The notes beneath the pieces are model-generated. The model was not told the DNA's origin, did not search any database, and worked only from the letters and a program-made list of their open reading frames with translations. The position numbers and the translations under genes were made by a program. From assembly GCF_902463925.1 (NCBI RefSeq), contig NZ_CABQHE010000002.1, positions 87,484 to 151,483 of the forward strand: DNA of 64,000 nt. The letters are read 5' to 3'. This document shows, piece after piece, positions 10,069 through 20,400 of the stretch; position 1 is the first letter of the stretch; the number at the start of each line of letters is the position of its first letter. Source of the stretch: an uncultured Streptococcus sp. GTDB lineage: Bacteria > Bacillota > Bacilli > Lactobacillales > Streptococcaceae.

Positions 10069-12333
10069 TTAGTTTTTATTTGTGGCAACTTCTGGAAAAA
10101 GTTTATCTAGGATTTTAGGAGTGATAGCTTGGCCAGGACCTTCAGCACAGTAGGTGTGCATATACATCGAAGGGTTAAAGTTGAGCTCAATGCAGGTGCA
10201 ATGAGGATTTTCCTTGCTAGCAGGTTGGGTTTTATCTGGAATAATGAGGTCAACCCCACAAGCCCAAGCGCCCATGCTAGTTGCCATAGCTGCAGCCAGT
10301 TCTTGGTAAGAGGAATCCATAGTCTCAGTGACATCAATAGAGTCACCACCCGTAGAAATGTTAGAGTTACGGCGTAGATTGACCTTTTTCCCTTCTGGGA
10401 GAATATCATCAGGTGCATAACCTTGCTGAGTTAACATTAATTGTTCGATATCTCCTAGCTCGATGATTTCAAGTGGTGAGCGGTGATCACGTCCTCGCAA
10501 TGGATTGGCATTTTTCTGAGTGACCAATTCACGAATGGTGTGTTTTCCATCACCGACAACATTGGCAGCAACACGAAGGAGGACAGCCTCACAACGCCCA
10601 TCCAAGATGAAGAAACGGTATTCGGTTCCTGGGATAAATTCTTCCACAAGAACAGCTGTATCTTCTGCAAAGGCAATTTCGAGGGCTTTCTTATAGTTCT
10701 CAAGGCTGGCAGGCTCTTGGAAAATGGAAATGCCCAGACCAAAGTTGGTTGATTTTGGTTTGACTACAATTTGCTTTTCCTTGATAAGAGGGTAGTAGGC
10801 AAGCCCTTGCTCCAGACTGGTAAATTCGTCGCCAGCGGGAACAGGGAAACCAGCATCAGCCAGGATTTTTTTGGTCACGGTTTTATTAGCCATGGCAAGA
10901 GGTACTACATAGTTGTCTTTTGAGGTCATGTTACCATTTTTGACGTACTCAACATGATCTTTATGCCAGAGTTTAAGGAACTGATCCTGCTCATCTAAAA
11001 TCTCAAAATGAATCCCCTTTTGGATGGCATCAAAGAGCAACATCTGAGTGGAGAGTTCCATCTCTTCATAGCCCTTGAGAGCATAGTAGGCAGTCCAGTC
11101 GTAATCATGATAGGCAAGAGCTTTGTCAAGGGCAAAGTCAGCAAGGGACTTGTCTTTGATATGAGGCAGAAGTTGAGCAGCTAGTGTCTGGCTAGGATCA
11201 GCAAAGGCATCTTTGACTTGCTTGACTAAACCTTGATGATAATCACTAAGCCCAAAATGTTGCACCAGTTGGTCCAGAGCCGTCGTAATGTTTTGAGTTT
11301 CAGCTTCAGAAGGTAGAGGCTCTAAAGGATGAGAGAGGGCAACTTTTTCATTTAGCGCGTGACCTTGAGCTAGAGCCTGATCAACATTTTCAGGGGCATC
11401 CATCCAGAGGAAGGCTAGCAGAAGCAGATGTACGGTATCCATGGTAGTTTGGCTAATACCGATACGCTCAAAGGGGTTAAGGTCGAAGTTACGGAATTCC
11501 AGATAGGTGATTCCTTTGTCAAGGAAGGAACGATTAACCTTTTGTCCGCGGAAACGAACAGCCGAGTAAAATTCCTTCTCCGCAATCAAATCTCCTTGTT
11601 CGATATAGTTTTCGATGGCAGAGACATAATCTTCGAGGCTTGCAAAAGATACTCGGATTTCTTCCTTATTGACATAACCATGGTCACTGTTACGGAAGGA
11701 ACGAACGAGTTCTGGCACTTCTTGGTCGAAGAAGCCTTGCTCAGCAACAGGTGCAGCACCAAAGAGATAGGTAATTACCCAACGGTAGCGCAAATAGTTC
11801 TGAGCCAGCTTAAGATAGAGGGCATTTTTGAAAGCAATCATATCAGTCTGGTCACTTTCTTTGAATAGGGCCTCAACCAAATCTTTCCCTAGTTCCATAT
11901 TATAGTGGATACCTGAGATAGCTTGAAGTTTAGTTCCGTATTTTTCGGCCAAGTAGTTACGATAATGGCGTTCGAATTCATTTTCCAGTTGGGCGACTTG
12001 GATTTCTTGGGCCTTGATACGAGGTGGCATGGACAAGGGCCAGAGAAGTTCATCTTTACTGATGGAACGTCCAGCTACATCGGTAATGGCTCCAAGAAAA
12101 CGACGGGCCTCAGTGGTAGATTTAGCAACTGGTGTGATGAGCTCCATTTGAAACTCGCAAAAGTCAGTCTGAATATGGGGGTGGAAACTTCGAGCTCCTA
12201 GGCAAGAAGGGTGAGGCGTATGTGCTAATTTTCCCTGTCTATTGACACGAAGACTTTCGCGTTCAATCCCAAAGTTTGCTTGAAGGATAGGGCTAGTAGG
12301 CTCTAGCTTTTGAAGCAGTTGATTTATAGTCAT
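10069..12333 (-). CDS. gshF: bifunctional glutamate-cysteine ligase / glutathione synthetase (gamma-GCS-GS fusion)
   Basis: 754 aa. N-terminal gamma-glutamylcysteine synthetase region plus a C-terminal ATP-grasp (D-Ala-D-Ala-ligase-like) domain. This is the fusion architecture known from S. agalactiae and S. thermophilus GshF/GshAB. Confidence 0.88.
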   Translation of the reverse strand: MTINQLLQKLEPTSPILQANFGIERESLRVNRQGKLAHTPHPSCLGARSFHPHIQTDFCEFQMELITPVAKSTTEARRFLGAITDVAGRSISKDELLWPLSMPPRIKAQEIQVAQLENEFERHYRNYLAEKYGTKLQAISGIHYNMELGKDLVEALFKESDQTDMIAFKNALYLKLAQNYLRYRWVITYLFGAAPVAEQGFFDQEVPELVRSFRNSDHGYVNKEEIRVSFASLEDYVSAIENYIEQGDLIAEKEFYSAVRFRGQKVNRSFLDKGITYLEFRNFDLNPFERIGISQTTMDTVHLLLLAFLWMDAPENVDQALAQGHALNEKVALSHPLEPLPSEAETQNITTALDQLVQHFGLSDYHQGLVKQVKDAFADPSQTLAAQLLPHIKDKSLADFALDKALAYHDYDWTAYYALKGYEEMELSTQMLLFDAIQKGIHFEILDEQDQFLKLWHKDHVEYVKNGNMTSKDNYVVPLAMANKTVTKKILADAGFPVPAGDEFTSLEQGLAYYPLIKEKQIVVKPKSTNFGLGISIFQEPASLENYKKALEIAFAEDTAVLVEEFIPGTEYRFFILDGRCEAVLLRVAANVVGDGKHTIRELVTQKNANPLRGRDHRSPLEIIELGDIEQLMLTQQGYAPDDILPEGKKVNLRRNSNISTGGDSIDVTETMDSSYQELAAAMATSMGAWACGVDLIIPDKTQPASKENPHCTCIELNFNPSMYMHTYCAEGPGQAITPKILDKLFPEVATNKN

Positions 12334-12520
12334 AGAGTCACCTTTTCATCTAATGTTAGTGTTAGTCTATTATAAATAGGGACAGAAAACAAATTTCTGC
12401 TACGTTTGGTAATGGTTTACGAACATTTATGATAAGTTTGTGAAAAATAAGCAGGTTTTAGAACTATTCTTTATCAAATGTTATAAAATACTTACAAATG
12501 TTAGTGAAATGATATTATGC

Positions 12521-12549
12521 TTGCAATTTTACTCAATTTAACCTATACT
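12521..12549 (+). promoter_or_regulatory. sigma-70-like promoter (TTGCAA-N17-TATACT) followed within about 40 nt by a GC hairpin plus T-run
   Basis: Near-consensus -35/-10 with 17-nt spacer. A CCCTAGGG/GCCCTCAGGGGC hairpin plus TTTTG lies at 12585-12612. Confidence 0.4.
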
Positions 12550-12693
12550 AGTGACATATATATGAGAACGAAAAAATCCCTAGGGTCTGCCCTCAGGGGC
12601 TTTTGTATGCTCTCAAAAAGGGTCTAGCCGTTCTTTTATAGATAAATGATAAGCATAAGACTGTTAGTTTTAAGCTTTGCTCTGCCCAACAGC

Positions 12694-12829
12694 GATGCTT
12701 TCGCCGTGATGATATTCCTATAACTGCAGAGCAGTTATAGGAAGCGGAGTTATCGAGACTTTGGCTCGATAACTAGTCATGGAACGACTGAGTCGGTCGC
12801 TGACGTCCGCCATCACTTAAGAAAGCATC
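12694..12829 (+). other. structured intergenic element: closing stem (GATGCTTTC…GTGATG / CATCAC…GAAAGCATC) enclosing three hairpins
   Basis: Hairpin 1: CCTATAACTGC-aga-GCAGTTATAGG (12717-12741). Hairpin 2: AGTTATCGAG-actttgg-CTCGATAACT (12748-12774). Hairpin 3: CGACTGAGTCG/GACGTC palindromes (12785-12808). Outer 9+6 bp stem at 12694-12713 / 12811-12829. Confidence 0.4.
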
Positions 12830-12877
12830 AAAAAAGAAAAATTTCAAAAGAAAAAAGAATAAAAAACGGAGGTAATT

Positions 12878-14623
12878 ATGTTTCAAACCCTGATCGCCCA
12901 GATAAAGGAATACAAGAAACCCTCAATCCTAGCGTCCCTCTTCATGACGCTAGAAGTTATGTTTGAGATTTCCATTCCCTTTGTCATGGCCAATCTTTTG
13001 GACAAAGGTGTCCAGCAATCTAACATGTCTAACATTTGGCTCTATGGTGGCCTAATGTTGGTCTGTGCCTTCCTGTCGCTTTTCTGTGGGATGCAGTCGG
13101 CACGCTATGCGGCCTTTGCCTCTGCTGGATTTGCCAAGAATCTACGTCAGGCCATTTTCAAAAAGGTTCAAACCTTCTCTTTTGAAAATATCGATAAGTT
13201 TTCAGCTGGTGGTTTGGTAACACGTATGATGACTGATGTTACTAACGTGCAGAACTCTTACCAGATGATTATCCGTGTCTGTGTACGTGCACCACTTAAT
13301 CTGATTTTTGCCATTGCAGCAAGTTTCCTGATTAATGGCGAAATGGCTTGGATTTTCGTTGGTGTGACACTCTTCCTCGGTCTGGTTTTGGCCATTATTA
13401 CCAAAATCGTATATCCTCTCTTTACTCAAGTGTTTGAGGCTTATGACAACCTCAATAACAGTATCAAGGAAAACATCACCAACATGCGTGTGGTGAAATC
13501 CTATGTTAAAGAGCAGGAAGAGACTGACAAATTCAAGAAGGCCTCACGTCGTATTTACAAGATGTTCATGCGTGCCATTCGTGTGGTTGTCATGTCTAAC
13601 CCAGCCATGATGTTGTCTATGTATGCATCCTTCCTCATGATTTCTTGGTTTGGTGCCCATCTTATCGTTGGAGGTAGCCTGACTACTGGGGAATTGACTT
13701 CCATGTTCAGCTACACCATGACCATTCTCATGTCACTCATGATGTTTATGATGATCTTTGTCATGTTGTCTATCTCTATGGCCTCTGTAGAGCGTATCAA
13801 TGAAGTTCTCAACACTGATTCAACCATTGTTTCACCTGAAAATGGCTTGACAGAAGTCATAGATGGTTCTATCAGCTTTGATCATGTGGATTTCTCATAT
13901 ACTGATGAAAATGGTGATAAGACCCATGTCCTCAAAGATATCACACTTGATATTAAGTCTGGTGAGGTTATCGGTATTCTTGGTGGAACAGGTTCTGGGA
14001 AATCAAGTTTGGTTCAGTTGATTCCTCGTCTTTACGATGTGGAAGCTGGTCAAGTTAAGGTTGCTGGCCACGATGTTAAGGATTATGATTTGGATAGCTT
14101 GCGTAAGCAAGTTGCTATGGTGCTACAAACCAACGTCCTTTTCTCAGGGACCATTAAGGAAAATATGCGTTGGGGAAATAAACAGGCGACAGATGAAGAA
14201 ATCATTGAAGCTTGTAAGATTGCCCAAGCTGATGAATTTATCCAAGAGTTTAAGGATGGCTATGACACCAAGATTGAACGTGGTGGAGCCAATGTCTCAG
14301 GAGGACAACGTCAACGTCTTTGTATTGCACGTGCCCTTCTCATGAATCCAAAAATCTTGATTCTTGATGATTCGACATCGGCAGTTGATACTAAGACAGA
14401 TAGTTTGATTCGTCAAGGTTTTGCGTCAAGCCTAAAGGAAACAACTAAGATTATCATCGGACAACGTATTTCATCTATCCAAGATGCAGACCGCATCGTT
14501 GTTATGGATGACGGCCGTATCGATGCTATTGGTACCCACGATGAATTGGTGGCTAACAATGCCATTTATCGTGACGTCTACAAGATGCAAACACAAGGGA
14601 AAGGAGTAGCAGATGCAGAATAA
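12878..14623 (+). CDS. ABC transporter ATP-binding/permease protein (half-transporter, heterodimeric exporter subunit 1)
   Basis: 581 aa. N-terminal 6-TM domain, Walker A GGTGSGKSS, LSGGQRQR signature, ILILDD Walker B. GGAGGT RBS. Confidence 0.9.
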   Translation: MFQTLIAQIKEYKKPSILASLFMTLEVMFEISIPFVMANLLDKGVQQSNMSNIWLYGGLMLVCAFLSLFCGMQSARYAAFASAGFAKNLRQAIFKKVQTFSFENIDKFSAGGLVTRMMTDVTNVQNSYQMIIRVCVRAPLNLIFAIAASFLINGEMAWIFVGVTLFLGLVLAIITKIVYPLFTQVFEAYDNLNNSIKENITNMRVVKSYVKEQEETDKFKKASRRIYKMFMRAIRVVVMSNPAMMLSMYASFLMISWFGAHLIVGGSLTTGELTSMFSYTMTILMSLMMFMMIFVMLSISMASVERINEVLNTDSTIVSPENGLTEVIDGSISFDHVDFSYTDENGDKTHVLKDITLDIKSGEVIGILGGTGSGKSSLVQLIPRLYDVEAGQVKVAGHDVKDYDLDSLRKQVAMVLQTNVLFSGTIKENMRWGNKQATDEEIIEACKIAQADEFIQEFKDGYDTKIERGGANVSGGQRQRLCIARALLMNPKILILDDSTSAVDTKTDSLIRQGFASSLKETTKIIIGQRISSIQDADRIVVMDDGRIDAIGTHDELVANNAIYRDVYKMQTQGKGVADAE

Positions 14624-16481
14624 GAAAAAAGCTAATTGGGGCTCTCTAGCACGTCTTCTACGCTTTTTGTGGCAAGACTACAAACTTTCGCTTTCTATCG
14701 CCTTTGTCCTCATTGTGGTCGCTTCTTTGGCAACGGTCAATTTGACGGCTTCTATTCAGTCCTTGGTTGACGTTTATGTTCAACCCATGCTCAAATCTGG
14801 TAGCCACGATTTTAGACCGCTTTTACGTTTCTTGACTTCGGTGGGTGTTTTCTGTCTTATCGGTGTGATTGCCAACTATGTGTCATCACTCCTCATGGCG
14901 ACGATTTCGCAAGATTCTCTGCGTTCCCTTCGTAATCAGCTCTTTGCTCGTATGCAAAAGCTGCCCGTTCGTTACTTTGATACTCACCAACACGGTGACA
15001 TCATGTCTATCTACACCAACGACATCGATGCCCTTCGTCAGGCCATTGAACAATCCATTCCACAGTTGCTACAAACAGCCATTACCCTTATCGGTGTGAC
15101 AGTAACCATGCTTACCGTGAGTCCTCTCCTTTTTATCGTGGTTCTGGTCGTGGTAGGTATCATGTTTATGGTTATTAAAAATGTATCCGCTAAATCAGGC
15201 CGTTACTTCGGTGAACAACAAAAGAATCTGGGGATTGAAAATGGCTTCATCGAGGAAATGATGTCAGGTCAAAAGGTGGTCAAGGCCTTTGTCCACGAAG
15301 AAGAAAGCATGGCTGATTTTGACAAGATTAACGAGCAACTCTTTGAATCTTCTTACTTGGCTAACCGCTATGCCAATGTTCTCATGCCAATTCTTGGGAA
15401 CTTAGGAAATGTTTCCTTTGTTTTGACCGCCTTGGTCGGTGGACTCTTTGCCCTTAATGGCGTCGGTGGTTTGACTATCGGTGGTCTCATGGCCTTCCTA
15501 CAATTGAACCGTTCCTTCAACGGACCTATTACTCAGGTCTCTCAACAACTTAACTTTGTCCTTATGGCGCTTGCTGGTGCTGACCGTATCTTTGACCTCT
15601 TGGATGAGCCAGAAGAAGTAGACCAAGGTAAGGTCACTCTGGTCAACTACGAATTGGTAGACGGTCAAATGGTTGTGACAGACAAGAAAACCAATCTCTG
15701 GGCTTGGAAACACCCACGTCCAAATGGCGACTACGAATTGGTCGAGTTGGTCGGAAATGTGGTCTTCCAAGACGTTGATTTCTCTTACGATGGTAAGAAA
15801 CAAATCCTTCATGACGTTAATCTATACGCAGACAAGGGGCAAAAGGTTGCCTTTGTTGGTGCGACGGGTGCAGGTAAGACAACGATTACTAACTTGGTTA
15901 ATCGTTTCTACGACATCCAATCTGGTGTGATTACCTATGATGGTATTGATGTCAAGCTGATTGAAAAAGATTCTCTTCGTCGATCACTTGGTATCGTGCT
16001 TCAAGATACCCATCTCTTCACGGGAACTATCGCTGAAAATATTGCCTATGGTCGTGCCGATGCGACACGCGAGGAAATCCTTGAAGCTGCCCGTATTGCT
16101 AATGTGGATTCCTTTGTGCAACATTTGGACAATGGTTATGACACTGTTCTTACAGATGATGGCGCAGGCTTGTCTAATGGACAACGTCAGCTGATTGCAA
16201 TTGCGCGTGCTGCCCTTGCCAATGCACCGGTTCTTATCCTTGATGAGGCGACTTCCTCTATTGACTCTCGTACTGAAAAAATGGTACAAGAGGGGATGGA
16301 CCGACTTATGGAAGGACGTACGGTCTTCGTTATCGCCCACCGTCTTTCAACCATCGTTAATTCTGATGTTATCATGGTTATGGATCATGGACGTATCATT
16401 GAACGTGGTGATCATGATGCCCTTATGGAACAAGGTGGTACCTACTACCGACTCTATACTGGTGGTCTTGAAATTGATTAA
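14613..16481 (+). CDS. ABC transporter ATP-binding/permease protein (heterodimeric exporter subunit 2)
   Basis: 622 aa. TMD plus NBD with GATGAGKTT Walker A, LSNGQRQ signature, LILDEATS Walker B. 11-nt overlap with the upstream partner. Confidence 0.9.
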   Translation: MQNKKKANWGSLARLLRFLWQDYKLSLSIAFVLIVVASLATVNLTASIQSLVDVYVQPMLKSGSHDFRPLLRFLTSVGVFCLIGVIANYVSSLLMATISQDSLRSLRNQLFARMQKLPVRYFDTHQHGDIMSIYTNDIDALRQAIEQSIPQLLQTAITLIGVTVTMLTVSPLLFIVVLVVVGIMFMVIKNVSAKSGRYFGEQQKNLGIENGFIEEMMSGQKVVKAFVHEEESMADFDKINEQLFESSYLANRYANVLMPILGNLGNVSFVLTALVGGLFALNGVGGLTIGGLMAFLQLNRSFNGPITQVSQQLNFVLMALAGADRIFDLLDEPEEVDQGKVTLVNYELVDGQMVVTDKKTNLWAWKHPRPNGDYELVELVGNVVFQDVDFSYDGKKQILHDVNLYADKGQKVAFVGATGAGKTTITNLVNRFYDIQSGVITYDGIDVKLIEKDSLRRSLGIVLQDTHLFTGTIAENIAYGRADATREEILEAARIANVDSFVQHLDNGYDTVLTDDGAGLSNGQRQLIAIARAALANAPVLILDEATSSIDSRTEKMVQEGMDRLMEGRTVFVIAHRLSTIVNSDVIMVMDHGRIIERGDHDALMEQGGTYYRLYTGGLEID

Positions 16482-16487
16482 CATTAA

Positions 16488-16520
16488 AAGAACTCAGGTT
16501 TTGCCTGAGTTCTTTGCATA
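16488..16520 (+). terminator. rho-independent terminator after the ABC exporter pair
   Basis: AGAACTCAGG-ttttg-CCTGAGTTCT followed by TTTG. Confidence 0.55.
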
Positions 16521-16574
16521 TGAAGAAAAGGTTTCTTTTGAGAATTTTCTTATAAAAACGACAGATTTAATGTC

Positions 16575-16860
16575 TTAAATCTCAACTTCTTCTAAACCGA
16601 GTGAGTCTAGTCGATAGATCTTTTGGCAGACTTGTCTGAGATAGTTGACATCATGTGATACTGTAAGAATTACACCTGGATAGTTCTCAAAGAGCTGTCG
16701 GACTTGGGGTTGTGAGGTGGGTAAAAAATTTTGGTTGCTTCATCTAAGATTAGGAGCTGAGGGCTTTCTAAGACTATATGCAGTAGGAGCAGTTTTCCTT
16801 TTTGCCCACCAGATAGGTCAGCGATTGAAGGCACTGCATCCATAAAATGAGACACAAAAA
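16575..16860 (-). pseudogene. ABC transporter ATP-binding protein, C-terminal remnant (N-terminally truncated and frameshifted)
   Basis: Minus-strand translation gives LSGGQKGKL…LLILDEATK, then after a frameshift VSHDVNYLRQVCQKIYRLDSLGLEEVEI*. No Walker A/N-terminus upstream. Confidence 0.7.
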
Positions 16861-16981
16861 AAGCATATTCAGTAGAAACTAAGCTAGCCTGTATCGAATG
16901 GTTTCATTCTGTTCTCAACTCTGAAACCTTCCATCTCTATAATTGAAGAAACTTAACTATAGTATAATAGATATTGTTAAA

Positions 16982-17068
16982 AATGACATCATATTTTATA
17001 ATGAAGCTAGAATTCAACAAAAATTAAATGACCAGTCTCCTGTAGAGTACAGAAAACTGGTCGCATAA
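16982..17068 (+). mobile_element. IS3-family transposase C-terminal remnant
   Basis: Translation …FYNEARIQQKLNDQSPVEYRKLVA* matches the conserved extreme C-terminus of IS3/IS150-group OrfB. No upstream ORF. Confidence 0.5.
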
Positions 17069-17496
17069 GAGGTTTTTCTTGTCCCATTATTGGGGTGCAG
17101 TGCCAGTAGTGGGGCTCTTTTGTGTCTATTGAAAGATGATCTTCACTTACATTAAAGTATTAGATAAAGAATAAAATAAAAGAGATTAGACCAATTATTT
17201 TACTTTGGGATTGTTATTAGTTTAAATTTCAAGAGAATATTTTTACAAATGTTAGAGTCTTTGTAGTTATTTACATGAAAAGGTTTTAGATGTTTTCATG
17301 AAAGAAAAGTATGGTCGCTAAACAATTATTTATATTGATTAAAAATTAGAGAAAATACTTGCCTAAACATTAAAAAAAGGATATGATAGACCTCTGAAGA
17401 AGGTTAATAGATGCATAAAGTGCGTGTTTATCCGATAATATCTTTATTTTTGACGTGCCTTCGAGGTACAATGATTAACAAATAGGAAGTTTATGA

Positions 17497-20400
17497 ATGA
17501 AACAAGCAAATCATGTTGTTGAAAAAGTGACAAAATACGCTATTCGTAAATTGTCAGTTGGTGTTGGACCAGTTGCTATTGGAACATTCTTCATAGCAGG
17601 TGGTCTTTTCGTGTCTAAGCCAGTTTCGGCGGATCAGGTTACTACGGATCCATCGGTACATCTGGCTTATGTTACTGAAAATGAATTGACAGCCGAAGAG
17701 CAGAAGCAAGTGGTTCATGCTATTCCAAAGGCATATCAAAATGATGATACTTTTTATCTGGTCTATAAACGTAAGGGAGATAGTCAAGCTACTCTGCCTA
17801 AGACAGGCAGTTCTGACTGGGCGGCAACAGGGTTAGGACTGACGACAGCAACTTTGGCTGTGCTCCTATTTTCAAAAAAATATCGCAAAAAGAGTATTGG
17901 ATTGGTCTTGATTGGAGCAGCTGGGCAAAGCTTACTTATCCCTCTTGAGGTTCTTGCTTTGCAAAATAAAGAGTTGCAGGCTTATAATCAGAATCTAGCT
18001 GTCTCAGATGAGGCGGACCTAGCTAAAGGTGTTATTACCATTGATGGTTATGAGTATGTCGGTTATTTGCGTTACTCATCTAAGCCTGAGCTTGAACAAC
18101 CTTTGGAGAATACTTTGAAAGGACTTGAGCCATCAAGAGAAGATAGAAACACAGCAAGCCGGTATGAAATAGATAAAGAAATAAGTTGGGGAAAAGGAAC
18201 TCAGGAAGCCGGTCACGCAGGTGAATCCTTTGTTCAACCTGCCAATCTAGAGTACACTGACTCAATCAGTGCTAATGGCACGCAAGAATCAGGTCATGAA
18301 GGCGAATCCCTTGTTCAACCAGCAGTCCCAGAGAACACTGTCCCAGAGTACACTGGATCGATCAGTACCGATGGCACGCAAGAATCCGGTCACGAAGGCG
18401 AATCTCTAGTTCAACCAGCAACCCCAGAGTACACAGGTCCAATTAGTGATAACGAAACACAAGAATCCGGTCATGAAGGCGAATCTCTAGTTCAACCAGC
18501 AACACCAGAGTATACAGGTCCAATTAGTGCCAATGGTACGCAAGAATCCGGTCACGAAGGTGAGGCAGCTGTTCAACCTGCTAACCCAGACTATACAGGT
18601 AAACTGGAAGCCAAGGGTACACAGGAATCCGGTCACAAAGGTGAGGCAGCTGTTCAACCTGCTAACCCAGACTATACAGGCAAACTAGAAGCTAAGGGTA
18701 CACAAGAATCAGGTCATGAAGGTGAGGCTATTGTCCAAGCTGAGAATCCTGTTTATACCCCAGTTGTCGGAAGTATCACAGAGACTGAAACGCAAGCCAT
18801 TGATTATCCTATCGAAGTTATTACTGATGATAACAAATATGTGGATGAAGAAGTTGTTGATCAAGAGGGCCAAAAAGGTAGCCAAGAAATCCATAAAGTT
18901 TACCAAACCATTGATGGTGTTAAGATTGGTGAGCCGACTATTGTGTCAGGTAAGGTTATTGAGGTGCCACAACCTAGAAAAATCCGTCGTGGCAGCAAGC
19001 CTCTAGATGGGACAACGACTGAAGAGTCTATTGTAGAGCTTCCATTTAAAGAAATTGTCCAAGAAGATGATACACTTGAGAAAGGCGTTGTGCAGGTTGT
19101 CCAAGAAGGACAAAAAGGACAAAATAAAATTACCAAGATTTATAAGACCTTTAAGGGAAGTAAGACTGCTGAAGAACCAACTGTTACTGAAACAGTGCTA
19201 GTTCCTGCCCAAGATCGTATCGTTCGCAAAGGTACTAAGATATCTGAAAAACCAGTTCTTACACTGACACAGGTTGACAAGGATGACTTGAGTCGCAGTG
19301 CTAAACTTAGCTACAACTTGACTAATCCAGGTTCAGCAGCTATCACGACTATTAAGGCGGTCCTCAAGCAAGATGGACAGGTTATTCAAACGCTTGATAT
19401 TCCTAGCACGACCTTGACTGCTGACTTAACCAACTTAGCCTATTACAAGCCTTATACCCTTACGACAACCATGACCTTTGATCGTGGCAACGGTGAGGAG
19501 AGTCAGGTTTTGGCAGACCAAACTATCCAACTGGATCTCAAGAAGGTTGAGCTTAAAGATTTTACACGTACAGATTTGATCAAGTATGATAATCAAACAG
19601 AGGTGGACGAGACTCGCCTGACAGCTGTGCCTCAGGATCTGACGAATTACTACTTGAAGCTGACTTCTGCGGATCAGAAGACCACTTACTTGGCAGTGAA
19701 AGCCATCGAAGAAACAACAGTTGGTGGCAAGGCGGTTTATAAGGTAACTGCAGAAGCGGATAATTTGGTGCAACGTGATGCCCAAAACCATTTTGCGAAG
19801 ACTTATAGCTATTACATTGAGAAACCTCAGGCTAGCCAAGCCAATGTTTACTATGATTTTGCTGAGTTGGTCAATGCCATTCAGGCTAATCCATCAGGTG
19901 AGTTTAGACTTGGTCAAAGCATGAGTGCTCGCCACGTCGTTCCAAATGGCAAGTCATATATCACGACTGAGTTTACTGGTAAGTTGCTCAGTGATGGTGA
20001 CAAACGCTTTGCCATCTATGATTTAGAGCATCCATTGTTTAATGTCATCAATGGCGGAACGATCAAGAATATCAACTTTGAAAATGTAGACATCAATCGC
20101 CCTGATCAAAATCAAATCGCGACGGTTGGATTTAACCTTAAAAACAAGGGTCTGATTGAAGATGTTAAGGTGACTGGTTCAGTCACTGGTAACAATGACG
20201 TGGCAGGTATCGTCAATAAGATTGATGAAGATGGCAAGGTTGAGAATGTCGCCTTTATTGGTAAGATTAACTCTGTCGGTAATAACTCGACAGTTGGTGG
20301 GATTGCTGGTTCAAACTACATGGGATTCGTCAACAGAGCCTATGTGGATGCGACTATTACAGCTAATAATGCCAATGCAAGTATGTTGGTGCCATTTGTC

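Noticed and set aside
12694-12829. T-box leader upstream of the ABC transporter
   Set aside because: No T-box consensus (AATTAGGGTGGNACCGCG) and no specifier/antiterminator layout, and the length is too short. Kept as an unclassified structured element instead.
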